From Pyrodictium delaneyi (GTDB lineage Archaea > Thermoproteota > Thermoprotei_A > Sulfolobales > Pyrodictiaceae): 32,000 nt of DNA. This document shows, in pieces, positions 24,141 to 32,000 of the stretch (the first letter of the stretch is position 1; the number at the start of each line of letters is the position of its first letter). Both the position numbers and the translations under genes were made by a program. The stretch lies in NCBI RefSeq assembly GCF_001412615.1, contig NZ_CP013011.1:1350001-1382000 (forward strand), read 5' to 3'. The notes below the pieces were generated by a model, which was not told where the DNA came from, ran no database searches, and worked only from the letters and a program-made list of their open reading frames with translations.

Positions 24141-25028
24141 CTAGGGTATCACCCTGTCCACGCTGAGCACTAGTATGTCCCGGGCGCCGCGCTTACGGGC
24201 CTCGACGAGGACATGTGCTAGCCGGTCTTCCGGCACCACTGTTATCACCTCCCACATGGGCCGGGGGCCCTCCACCCTGGCTATAGTCGGCCCCGACATC
24301 GAGGGCAATACCTCTACTACCTGCTCCAGTACCTCCTCGGGCACGTTCATGAGGACTAGCTTGTAGCCCCTTGCCCTCAGCACGCTCCTCACAGCCTCCA
24401 CGATGACCTCGACGAGCGGATCCTGGGGGTCTACGTGGCTGCCCCTGATCAGCTTAGCCTCTGTCCGCATAACCTCTGCTATTACCCGTAGCCCGTGTAG
24501 CCGGAGAGTAGTCCCGGTCGATGAGACGTCTAGTATAGCGTCTGCCACGCCTAGCCTGGGCATCGCCTCAGCCGAGCCCGTTATCCTGATTATCCGGGCC
24601 CGCACCCCGTGGCTCTCGAAGAACCTCCGGGCGATGTTGACGAACTTAGTCGCCACCCGGACCCCATCGGGGAGGTCCCTGATGCTCTCCACCGGCGCCT
24701 CCTCCGGCACTGCGACCACGAGGCGGGCGCGGCCGATCCCCAGGCCCTCGACGATCTCTAGGCCCTCGCCGCCATGCTCCTCTATGTAGTCGAGCCCCGT
24801 GATGCCGAGCTCTGCGCCGCCCGCAGACACTATCGCCGGTATATCCTCGGGCCGGACGTAGACCAGGGACACGTTGTCCCAGTTAGTGGGCACTATCAGC
24901 GCGCGGGTCGCGTCGGGGCTATAGAGCGGCTCTATGCCTGCCGCCTCTAGTAGTCGGAGCACCGGCTCCCGTAGCCGGCCCTTGCTCGGGACAGCTATCC
25001 TTATGCCCACTCCATACTCACCCCGCAT
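24141..25028 (-). CDS. hisG: ATP phosphoribosyltransferase HisG (long form with C-terminal regulatory domain)
   Basis: 'IRIAVPSKGRLREPVLRLLEAAGI', 'VRPEDIPAIVSAGGAELGITGLDYIEE' and 'ILDVSSTGTTLRLHGL'. At 295 aa it includes the C-terminal domain. Confidence 0.9.
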   Translation of the reverse strand: MRGEYGVGIRIAVPSKGRLREPVLRLLEAAGIEPLYSPDATRALIVPTNWDNVSLVYVRPEDIPAIVSAGGAELGITGLDYIEEHGGEGLEIVEGLGIGRARLVVAVPEEAPVESIRDLPDGVRVATKFVNIARRFFESHGVRARIIRITGSAEAMPRLGVADAILDVSSTGTTLRLHGLRVIAEVMRTEAKLIRGSHVDPQDPLVEVIVEAVRSVLRARGYKLVLMNVPEEVLEQVVEVLPSMSGPTIARVEGPRPMWEVITVVPEDRLAHVLVEARKRGARDILVLSVDRVIP

Positions 25029-25368
25029 AGCTTCCTGCTCATGAGCAGCAGAATCGGAGAGGCGTAGGCCGCATACAACGGTCTAAATGGTGTCATGCTT
25101 GCTCTGCAGCGCCCCGTGCCTAGGAGAACCGGGTAGTATGCGGGGCGACTAGCCTCTATGCTGTAGCGCCTAGAGGTGAACCCAGTTCATCTCCAGCCCC
25201 TCCTCTCCCGGGGAATGGGCTACCCGTCCCACCAGGGATTTAAACATAGAGCCCTTATAGCCGGGTACAACATAGCATGGTGTGAACGGCTACGCCCTAC
25301 TTTACCCTAGCCACCTCCACCAGGTCGCTATGACGTGCTAGAGGAGACCTAGGCTCACTGTCTCCCCG

Positions 25369-25836
25369 GTGGTGGAGCAGGCCTTGATGGAGCAAGAGGA
25401 CAAGGAGCTAGAGAAGCTGATAGAGGACATGGTGCGCAGGATGATAGCCAAACCAGCCATAGAGGAGGACTCCCAACGCGGGGAAGGCGAGGAGCATCCA
25501 GTAAAGCTAGTGCTCGACGACAGGGAGCTAGAGAAGATCGTGTGCAGCAAGCCCGTAGCTATAGTGCTCTTCACAAGCCCGGGATGCCCAGCCTGCCACG
25601 CATATCGACCGATATTCTACCACTACGCTGGCGAAGCCCGCCGCCGGTACGGCGACAAGGTGGAGTTCGTCGAGGCGGACGTATACCACGTATACGACAA
25701 GGCTGTCGAGCTGGGCATATCAGCTACGCCGACAACCGTTGTGTTCCGACACTGCCGGCCGGTGGACGGGTTCGTGGGCATGGTTGATGAGGAGACCCTC
25801 GCGGAGATGGTCGAGCCGTACATCCGGGAGGCCTAG
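25369..25836 (+). CDS. Thioredoxin-fold protein (CPAC active site) with acidic N-terminal extension
   Basis: 'VAIVLFTSPGCPACHAYRPIF' (CxxC) and 'ISATPTTVVF' (cis-Pro loop context). The start is uncertain (GTG 25369 or ATG 25387). Confidence 0.7.
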   Translation: MVEQALMEQEDKELEKLIEDMVRRMIAKPAIEEDSQRGEGEEHPVKLVLDDRELEKIVCSKPVAIVLFTSPGCPACHAYRPIFYHYAGEARRRYGDKVEFVEADVYHVYDKAVELGISATPTTVVFRHCRPVDGFVGMVDEETLAEMVEPYIREA

Positions 25837-26561
25837 AGCCCGGGCAGCCTCTTCTTCATACCCGGTTTCGTGAGGTATATCAGGGCGTCGACCTCCTCTA
25901 TGCCGCTCGTTTCTCTCCACTCCTCCCCGACCACGGCTATCGCTGCTACTGCCTCTATTCTAGCGCGTGCCTCCTCCACGAGAACCCGGAGAGCACGGAG
26001 GGTACGTCCTGTCTCGACGATATCGTCGACTATGAGCACGTGGTCGCTCCGGCCCAGCGCGCCCCGGGGGATGCAGAAGCTAGGCTCCCCAGGGCTGCAC
26101 TGCTCTTCCTCGGGCAGCCCGAGGCGCCGCCGGGCCACCGTGAAGGGTGTCTCTAGGGCTAGGCTCAGGCTAGCGGCGAGCGGTATGCCCGAGGCCTCGG
26201 GCACGAGTATCCTCGTTATCCTCTTGCCCTGGAGCCGGCGGGCATAGTAGAGAGTGACTAGGAGCAGGTAGAGAGGCTCCGTGAGCACCACGCTCGTGTC
26301 TAGGACGCCTCCTGTCTCGGCCATCCTCTCTGCTAGGGCGCGGCGGGGGTCAGCGAGCCTCCACAGACCCTCAAGGATCTCCACAGCCTTCTCGGGGCTA
26401 GGGAGGCTCTTCCCCGTTATGTACCGGGATAGGAGGGGCGCGGGTATCCCGGTGGCCCGGGATAGCTCCCGGTAGCTGTACCTCCTCTTGGCTAGCCGGA
26501 GCGCTGCAGCCACGTTTAGGGATAGCCGGGCCTTCTCTAGTCTCTCAGAGCCCACGGGCAT
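25833..26561 (-). CDS. HTH domain fused to type I phosphoribosyltransferase domain (PurR/Apt-like regulator)
   Basis: N-terminal 'YSYRELSRATGIPAPLLSRYITGK' (HTH). The PRT domain has 'ILVPEASGIPLAASLSLAL' and the PRPP loop 'HVLIVDDIVETGRTLRAL'. Confidence 0.75.
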   Translation of the reverse strand: MPVGSERLEKARLSLNVAAALRLAKRRYSYRELSRATGIPAPLLSRYITGKSLPSPEKAVEILEGLWRLADPRRALAERMAETGGVLDTSVVLTEPLYLLLVTLYYARRLQGKRITRILVPEASGIPLAASLSLALETPFTVARRRLGLPEEEQCSPGEPSFCIPRGALGRSDHVLIVDDIVETGRTLRALRVLVEEARARIEAVAAIAVVGEEWRETSGIEEVDALIYLTKPGMKKRLPGL

Positions 26562-26573
26562 ACCGCTAGCGCA

Positions 26574-26627
26574 CCACCCGGTTACTAAGACGCGTTGTTA
26601 AACGAGCTGATTGAACAACCCGGGTGG
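26574..26627. promoter_or_regulatory. Nested inverted repeat (candidate operator) in divergent promoter region
   Basis: CCACCCGG (26574-26581) pairs with CCGGGTGG (26620-26627), and GTTGTT (26594-26599) pairs with AACAAC (26614-26619). A TATA-like CTTATAAA at 26646-26653 precedes the GTG start at 26692. Confidence 0.4.
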
Positions 26628-26691
26628 TACTCGTTGAAGAACCCGCTTATAAACCGTAAATCGCGCCGCCACGCGTCATGGGAGTTGAGCC

Positions 26692-28041
26692 GTGGCCTCT
26701 AGGCGCGAGTTCATCAAGATCCTCGGTGCGGGCGTAGCAGGCCTAGTCGTTGGCACGGGCCTGGGCTACGCTCTCCGTGGGAGCCCGCAGCCGCAGCAGA
26801 CAGTCACTAGCCCGGCTCAGGCCACGAGCCAGGCGCAAGTCACAGGCAGGACCCGCAAGATTAAGGCGCTTTGGGTCTATGTGGGCCCCATAGGCGATTA
26901 CGGCTGGACTCACGCTCATAATCAAGGCAGAGTCAATGCCGAGAAGAAGCTTCAGGGAATGGTGGAGACCAAGTACCTGGAGAAGGTGGCTGAGGACCAG
27001 GCCTACCCGGCGATAAAGCAGGCTCTCGAGCAGGAGCACTTCGACGCAGTCTTTGCCACGAGCTTCGGCTTCATGGATGCTGTGAAGAGACTCGCCAAGG
27101 AGTACCCGGACGTGATGTTCTACCACTGTAGCGGCCCCTGGGAGGCCTTCCAGGACCTCCCCAACGTAGCCACATACTTCTCCGAGTTCTATCAGCTATA
27201 CTACCTCAACGGTATCGCCGCCGGCGCGGTAACAGAGACTTGTAAGGTGGGCTACGTCCCCGCCTTCCTAATACCAGAAGTAGTACGTCACATAAACGCC
27301 TATGCGCTAGGCGCGGTACACGGCGCCAAGCTCATGGGCAAGTGTGGGGGCGGCGAGAACCTAGAGATCTACGTCACTGCGCCGCTACGCAGCTGGTTCA
27401 ACCCCGACAAGGCTCGCCAGTACGCAGAGACACTCATCAACCAGTACAAGGTAGACGTCATAGCCTTCACAGAGGACTCCACCGCCGTTCTCGAGACAGC
27501 CGCAGAGTACGGCGTGTACAGCTTCAGCCACTACAGCAACATGCTAGACTATTTCGTCCACGGTAAGGGCGCTGAGACCGAGATAGCGAAGAAGATAACC
27601 CGGGCCCACCTTACCGGCCAGATAGCCGACTGGACACCGATATACGTCTACCTTCTCGCCAAGAAGATAACCGGCATAGCCGAGAAGGAGGATATCTGGG
27701 CCAGGATAGGCGACTTCGTCCCGATACGCTGGAGGAGGCCAGTAGCCCAGTCTACAGCAGGTAAGCCGGAGGGCGCAGCCTACCTAGCACCGCTCAACAC
27801 CGAGGTCATACCGGCAAAGGCCGTGGAGGAGATCAAGAGGCTCTACGAGGACATGAAGGAGCTCCTATTCGAGCCTTTCACTGGCCCGATACGCGGCTAC
27901 ACGATAGACCCGGCGAGCGGTAAGCAGGTCAGCGACGTGGAGGTGAAGGTGCCGGCTGGCGTCCGCTGGGGGCGCGACGAGCTCTGGAGCGAGAAGACGA
28001 TGAACTGGTTCTACGAGAAGATAATAACCCTGGGTGGCTAG
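26692..28041 (+). CDS. BMP-family (PnrA-like) substrate-binding protein with twin-arginine signal
   Basis: 'SRREFIKILGAGVAGLVV' Tat-type signal. 'KIKALWVYVGPIGDYGWTHAHNQG' and 'VFATSFGFMD' are typical of the basic-membrane-protein/nucleoside-binding family. Confidence 0.75.
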   Translation: MASRREFIKILGAGVAGLVVGTGLGYALRGSPQPQQTVTSPAQATSQAQVTGRTRKIKALWVYVGPIGDYGWTHAHNQGRVNAEKKLQGMVETKYLEKVAEDQAYPAIKQALEQEHFDAVFATSFGFMDAVKRLAKEYPDVMFYHCSGPWEAFQDLPNVATYFSEFYQLYYLNGIAAGAVTETCKVGYVPAFLIPEVVRHINAYALGAVHGAKLMGKCGGGENLEIYVTAPLRSWFNPDKARQYAETLINQYKVDVIAFTEDSTAVLETAAEYGVYSFSHYSNMLDYFVHGKGAETEIAKKITRAHLTGQIADWTPIYVYLLAKKITGIAEKEDIWARIGDFVPIRWRRPVAQSTAGKPEGAAYLAPLNTEVIPAKAVEEIKRLYEDMKELLFEPFTGPIRGYTIDPASGKQVSDVEVKVPAGVRWGRDELWSEKTMNWFYEKIITLGG

Positions 28042-28082
28042 CCCCAGCTAACCCATGCGTACAAGTAGATAAAAGGGGGCCA

Positions 28083-29006
28083 TTGCCTCTTTTTCTCCAT
28101 CTAATACTTGGTGTAGTAGCAGCCTTGAATGGAGACCCTATAAGCAACATGATATTCTTCTTGTTCTGGCTCCTGCTGCTCTTCAGTATAATGGAGCCTA
28201 TACTGAGCCTCCGCAGGCTGCAGGCAGCTAGGCTAGCGCTGATACGCCAGATGGAGCAGAAGTATGGCTGGCGCGTAGTCACGTTAATCCACCGCGAGGA
28301 GAGGGTAACGTTCTTCGGCATCCCGATACAGCGGTTCATAGACATCGACGACTCTGAGGCCGTGCTCCGGGCGATAAGGACGACGCCTCCAGATAAGCCG
28401 ATAGCACTGATACTCCACACGCCGGGCGGGCTAGTACTCGCAGCAAGCCAGATAGCACGGGCGCTGAAGAGGCACCCGGGCAGGAAGATAGTCATAGTGC
28501 CCCACTATGCTATGAGCGGCGGCACGCTCATCGCACTAGCAGCAGACGAGATACTCATGGACCCCAACGCCGTGCTCGGCCCACTCGACCCCCAGCTCTC
28601 GCTAGGCCCCCAGGGCCCAGTAGTCCCGGCGCCGAGTATCCTCAAAGTCGCGAAGATGAAGGGCGATAAGGCCAGCGACACTACACTGATCGTAGCCGAC
28701 ATAGCAGAGAAAGCCATTATGGAGATGCAGGAGGTCATAACTGATCTGCTGAAGGACAAGATGGGCGAGGAGAAGGCCCGCGAGATAGCCAAGGTTCTCA
28801 CCGAGGGCAAGTGGACACACGACTACCCGATAACCGTGGAGAAGGCCAAGGAGCTAGGCCTACCCGTAAAGACCGAAGTGCCGCCAGAAGTCTACCAGCT
28901 AATGGAGCTGTATCCACAGGCCCCGCACAACCGGCCCGGCGTAGAGTTCATTCCCCAGCCGCTGCCACAGCACCCAGTCCGCCGAGGCCAGAGAGCCACC
29001 AGCTAA
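28083..29006 (+). CDS. Membrane-anchored ClpP-fold serine protease (SDH / PF01972-like)
   Basis: N-terminal hydrophobic segments, then 'IALILHTPGGLVLAASQIARAL' and 'IVPHYAMSGGTLIALAADEILMDPNAVLGPLDPQL'. Confidence 0.75.
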   Translation: MPLFLHLILGVVAALNGDPISNMIFFLFWLLLLFSIMEPILSLRRLQAARLALIRQMEQKYGWRVVTLIHREERVTFFGIPIQRFIDIDDSEAVLRAIRTTPPDKPIALILHTPGGLVLAASQIARALKRHPGRKIVIVPHYAMSGGTLIALAADEILMDPNAVLGPLDPQLSLGPQGPVVPAPSILKVAKMKGDKASDTTLIVADIAEKAIMEMQEVITDLLKDKMGEEKAREIAKVLTEGKWTHDYPITVEKAKELGLPVKTEVPPEVYQLMELYPQAPHNRPGVEFIPQPLPQHPVRRGQRATS

Positions 29007-29155
29007 CTCAACTCTACACAGTTTTTACCCGCGTATGTGACGGAGTTTCTCCAGCGTTACTGCATAACCGCTATACACTACAAGCCTCGGGTACGCATGA
29101 TGGATATCACTAGTTATCTCGGGACAACGTCTCCGCGGCTTTCTTCAACCCGCGG

Positions 29156-29662
29156 GTGTCCAGAAGTTCGTGGGCTAGAGGAGCTTTGCAGCTCGTCCTA
29201 GTAACGGGCTCTGGTAGCAATGTTGGGAAGACCACGTTCGGCACAATGCTGGTAAAGGAGCTGGCACAGCGGGGACTGCACGTAGCTGTGGTCAAGCATG
29301 TTCACCACGGGGTGGACTACCGGGTCAAGGATACAGGGCGCTATCTTGGGGCCGGTGCTGTGCGGGTCGCGGCCATCGGGCCCGAGGACTACATGATTGT
29401 TGAGAGGAGGCGCATAAGCCTCTGGGAGGCCCTCGGGCTACTAGGGGACGTGGACATTGTGGTCGTAGAGGGGTTCCGGGAGCAAATTGGCGAGGTCATC
29501 GGCCGTGGTGGCTGTGTTGTCTACATAGCCCGTGAGCCGGGTGAGCGGCCACAGGCTGGCAGCGAAAGACTGGTAGCAACACTTGCCCGCGGACTGGAGG
29601 AGGCCCTTGCCCGTGTGCTAGGTCTGCTAGAGCAAGGGCTTTGCAGACTCAGGGAGATGTAG
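29156..29662 (+). CDS. mobB: Molybdopterin-guanine dinucleotide biosynthesis adapter MobB
   Basis: 'LVTGSGSNVGKTTFGTMLVKELAQRGLHVAVVKHVHHG...KDTGRYLGAGA' and 'VVVEGF' fit the MobB P-loop family. Confidence 0.8.
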   Translation: MSRSSWARGALQLVLVTGSGSNVGKTTFGTMLVKELAQRGLHVAVVKHVHHGVDYRVKDTGRYLGAGAVRVAAIGPEDYMIVERRRISLWEALGLLGDVDIVVVEGFREQIGEVIGRGGCVVYIAREPGERPQAGSERLVATLARGLEEALARVLGLLEQGLCRLREM

Positions 29663-29668
29663 AGCCGG

Positions 29669-30541
29669 ATGGGAGGGGCTCCCAGGGTGGCAGCTATACC
29701 CGAGGAGGTGCGGGGTCTCGCAGCCCGTGTGCTAGAAGTCATCGACCATGAGGAGGAGCAGTTCTCGGGGACACGTACACTCCGGGGCCATTCGCTCCTA
29801 GTAGCCTACTATGCCTCGGCTATAGCAGCGAGGCTTGGCCTAAACCCTGTGGCGTATTATCTGGCAGGGCTTTTCCACGACTACGGTAAGCTGGAGGCAC
29901 GGGCTCGGGGCCTCGACGAGGAAGAGTATACCGTCACGGCCGCCAGGGAACTTCTGAAGAGACTCGGCGCGCCCGAGGAGATCGTCGAGGCTGTGACTGG
30001 AGTGCTCAGCCGCGGGACCACCAACGACCCTGTGCTCGGCGACGCTGACGTGCTCTCGAAGCTCGGGCTCCGGGGCCTCGCCGAGTTCGTGGCGAAGTGG
30101 ACGGCCCGGGGCAGCGACCTCGTAGGCATGCTGGTCGAGGGGCTCCCCCGGGAGTTGACAGTAGCCCGTAACGTGGATCAGTACCTCTGCACCATGGCCG
30201 CCAAGGAACTAGCCCAGCCCCTCGCCAGGGAGACCCTGGAGGTATACAAGAGGCTCCTGGAGGAGGCTGAGGAGGCGCTAGGCCTAGGCCTAAGGCTCGT
30301 AGAGGAGAGCATCGAGGGAGTCATCGCGGTCTTCGTTACGCTGGATCGCTGCCCCAATTGCCTCCGCGGAGGGCTGGAGAAGCGGCTAGAGCCCCGCCGC
30401 GGACGAGTATGCCGGGGCTACAAGCTTGTACACCGTTGCCCCAGCTGCGGCTGGGTTGCCTCCGGTGGCGTGTGCCTCCCGAGGAGGCAGTGCAGTGGCC
30501 TCGGGAGCTCTAGGAGCTTGTGTCCGAGCTGCCAAGACTAG
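29669..30541 (+). CDS. HD-domain phosphohydrolase-like protein with C-terminal Cys-rich zinc-ribbon region
   Basis: 'GHSLLVAYYASAIA...YLAGLFHDYGK' (H...HD). The C-terminus has three CxxC pairs (CPNC, CPSC, CPSC). Confidence 0.65.
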   Translation: MGGAPRVAAIPEEVRGLAARVLEVIDHEEEQFSGTRTLRGHSLLVAYYASAIAARLGLNPVAYYLAGLFHDYGKLEARARGLDEEEYTVTAARELLKRLGAPEEIVEAVTGVLSRGTTNDPVLGDADVLSKLGLRGLAEFVAKWTARGSDLVGMLVEGLPRELTVARNVDQYLCTMAAKELAQPLARETLEVYKRLLEEAEEALGLGLRLVEESIEGVIAVFVTLDRCPNCLRGGLEKRLEPRRGRVCRGYKLVHRCPSCGWVASGGVCLPRRQCSGLGSSRSLCPSCQD

Positions 30542-30621
30542 GGAAGGGGCAAGGACTATCCGCGCGTAGCAGAACGTATCAGTCCCTGGCACTCTAGGAG
30601 TCTCCGGGGGTTTCCGGCCTC

Positions 30622-31296
30622 TTGGCCAAGGAGTGTATTGTCCACATCATAGGCGTGAAGGACGGGACTGTCCTGGATGAACAACGCATAGTAGAGGGAG
30701 CCTCTACTGCTGGCGAGCTTCTCGAACGACTCGGCCTAGGCGACGCCACGGTATACGCTAGCGGCAAGAGGCTAGAGCCCGGCGACACACTACCCGGGGG
30801 CTGCCAGGGCGTCACTGTGCTGGCTCCGCCGCCCGGTGTACTACTCGCCAAGGTGACCGGACCCGGGGAGAAGGTAGACCTCGACCAGCTCTCCAGGCTC
30901 ATGGCCCGGCGTGCCACTGTCCTCGGAGGCGGCGCCCTCGTAGCCTTCATGGGGTTCGTGAAGGGCCGGGTAGGCGGCGCCCAGGTGACGAGGCTGGAGT
31001 ATGAGGCTCTGGAGCCGCTCGCTACACAGAAGCTCCGGGAGCTTGCCGAGAAATACGCAAGGATCCCCGGCGTGATAGACGTCGCCGCTATACACTACCA
31101 CGGGGGCCTAGAGCCCGGCGACCCAACGATATACATCCTCGTCACAGCTGTGACACGGAACATCGCATTCCACGCTGCTGCGCTACTGCTGGAGGAGATC
31201 AAGCACAGCGTCCCCATATACAAGCTCGAACGCCGCAGCGACGGCGACTACTGGATACTAGGCGACGGCACCAGGATACCCCGCAGAGCCAAGTGA
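30622..31296 (+). CDS. moaE: Molybdopterin synthase catalytic subunit MoaE with approximately 75-aa N-terminal beta-grasp-like extension
   Basis: The C-terminal 140 aa ('ALVAFMGFVKGRVGGAQVTRLEYEALEPLA...AAIHYHGGLEPGDPTIYILVTAVTRNIAFHAAALLLEEIKHSVPIYKLE') match MoaE. The N-terminal segment 'IVHIIGVKDG...GELLERLGL...VYASGKRLEPGD' resembles ThiS/MoaD. Confidence 0.8.
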   Translation: MAKECIVHIIGVKDGTVLDEQRIVEGASTAGELLERLGLGDATVYASGKRLEPGDTLPGGCQGVTVLAPPPGVLLAKVTGPGEKVDLDQLSRLMARRATVLGGGALVAFMGFVKGRVGGAQVTRLEYEALEPLATQKLRELAEKYARIPGVIDVAAIHYHGGLEPGDPTIYILVTAVTRNIAFHAAALLLEEIKHSVPIYKLERRSDGDYWILGDGTRIPRRAK

Positions 31297-31565
31297 CAAC
31301 ACTTTCTCGTGCTATAGGCCTAAACCTGGTGTTTCGGTCACTCTTCCTCATATCATCCAAGCGGCTACGGGTCTCGGCCTAGCCTAGGCTATAGTGAACA
31401 GTGTCGCCGTTTCAGCGACTGCCCTACGCCATGTAATATGGCTTGGGCCTACATCCTGCCTGTCATGATGTGGAGCCGGCTCCACACTTGTATTCAGCAG
31501 TAGGCTCCACAGAGCCGCTATAGGTGTAGACGCCTATTCTTAGCTTAAAGACGGAGGGTTCTCCT

Positions 31566-32000
31566 TTGCCAGATGCCAGGGAGAGCATAGAGAATGGTGA
31601 TATCGACGCTGTGCTTCAGGCGCTTGGGCATCCACTACGCCGCCGCATAGTAGAGGCTCTGGCCGAGAGCGGCGAGATGAGCTACGCTGAGCTCATGAGG
31701 AGAGTGGGGATCGACGACTCGGGGACCTTCGCTTTCCATCTCCGGAGGCTCCGTGGACTTGTGGAGAAAGACGAGAAGCGCGGTGTCTACCGGCTCACCC
31801 AGCTAGGGCTACGGGCCTATCAAGCACTCCAGCTGGTCAAGACGGGGGTCGCTGAGGATGTAAGGACTAACGAGTCAAGGGCTACAGACGAGCATGCAGA
31901 GAGTAGGCGGCCCTCACGGGAGGAGATTAGGCGGCCACATGGCAAGAAAGCGCTCTGGGTCATCAGCGACCGTACCAGTTTCCGGCTTACAAGAGAGCAT
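31566..32000 (+). CDS. ArsR-family winged-helix transcription regulator (partial, runs off window)
   Basis: Not in the ORF track because it has no stop within the window. The frame is open from TTG 31566 (GGAGGG is 8 nt upstream; in-frame stop at 31527) to 32000. 'LQALGHPLRRRIVEALAESGEMSYAELMRRVGIDDSGTFAFHLRRLRGLVEKDEKRGVYRLTQLG' is a typical ArsR/SmtB-type HTH. Confidence 0.65.
   Translation, partial: MPDARESIENGDIDAVLQALGHPLRRRIVEALAESGEMSYAELMRRVGIDDSGTFAFHLRRLRGLVEKDEKRGVYRLTQLGLRAYQALQLVKTGVAEDVRTNESRATDEHAESRRPSREEIRRPHGKKALWVISDRTSFRLTREH

Overview
GC-rich archaeal chromosomal window. It looks crenarchaeal: the CRISPR repeat ends in CTGAAAG, the gene order is cmr4-cmr5-cmr1, and many start/stop codons overlap. 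Layout by region:
- 0-5.3 kb (minus strand): type III-B (Cmr) module, csx1, then cmr4 (frameshifted at a homopolymer), cmr5, cmr1. It probably continues off the left edge.
- 5.6-6.2 kb: vapBC-like toxin-antitoxin pair.
- 6.4-7.5 kb: a divergent stand-alone TGT-superfamily (tRNA-guanine transglycosylase-like) paralog.
- 7.6-9.9 kb: cas6, a roughly 360-bp leader and a CRISPR array. The 25-bp repeat is GAATCATAACAAATAGAACTGAAAG, with 12 perfect and 2 degenerate terminal repeats and 38-48 bp spacers.
- 10-12.4 kb: small membrane proteins and pyrrolidone-carboxylate peptidase.
- 12.9-25 kb: histidine biosynthesis genes (hisF-hisD-hisE-hisH-hisI on +; hisB, hisA, hisG on -). The cluster is interrupted twice. 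The first interruption is a roughly 4.5-kb defence-like block at 16.76-21.2 kb. The second is a DUF2202 ferritin-like gene with AT-rich, palindrome-rich flanks.
- 25-32 kb: thioredoxin-like protein, an HTH-phosphoribosyltransferase regulator divergent from a BMP-family binding protein, an SDH/ClpP-fold protease, mobB, an HD-domain protein, a moaE fusion and a partial ArsR-type regulator.

The best candidate for an undescribed system is the co-directional pair at 16759-19010 (minus strand). It consists of an SMC/ABC-type ATPase with a long, partly hydrophobic insertion, followed 11 nt later by a 173-aa stand-alone mini-Toprim/RloB/DUF4276-like protein. This is a split OLD / PARIS / AbiL-like architecture. 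It sits next to an Hjc-like PD-(D/E)xK protein and an Arch-ATPase+DUF234 protein, all embedded in the his cluster. Most other long ORFs in the supplied track are antisense shadow ORFs typical of GC-rich DNA. All family assignments come from motif recognition by eye; no database search was run.
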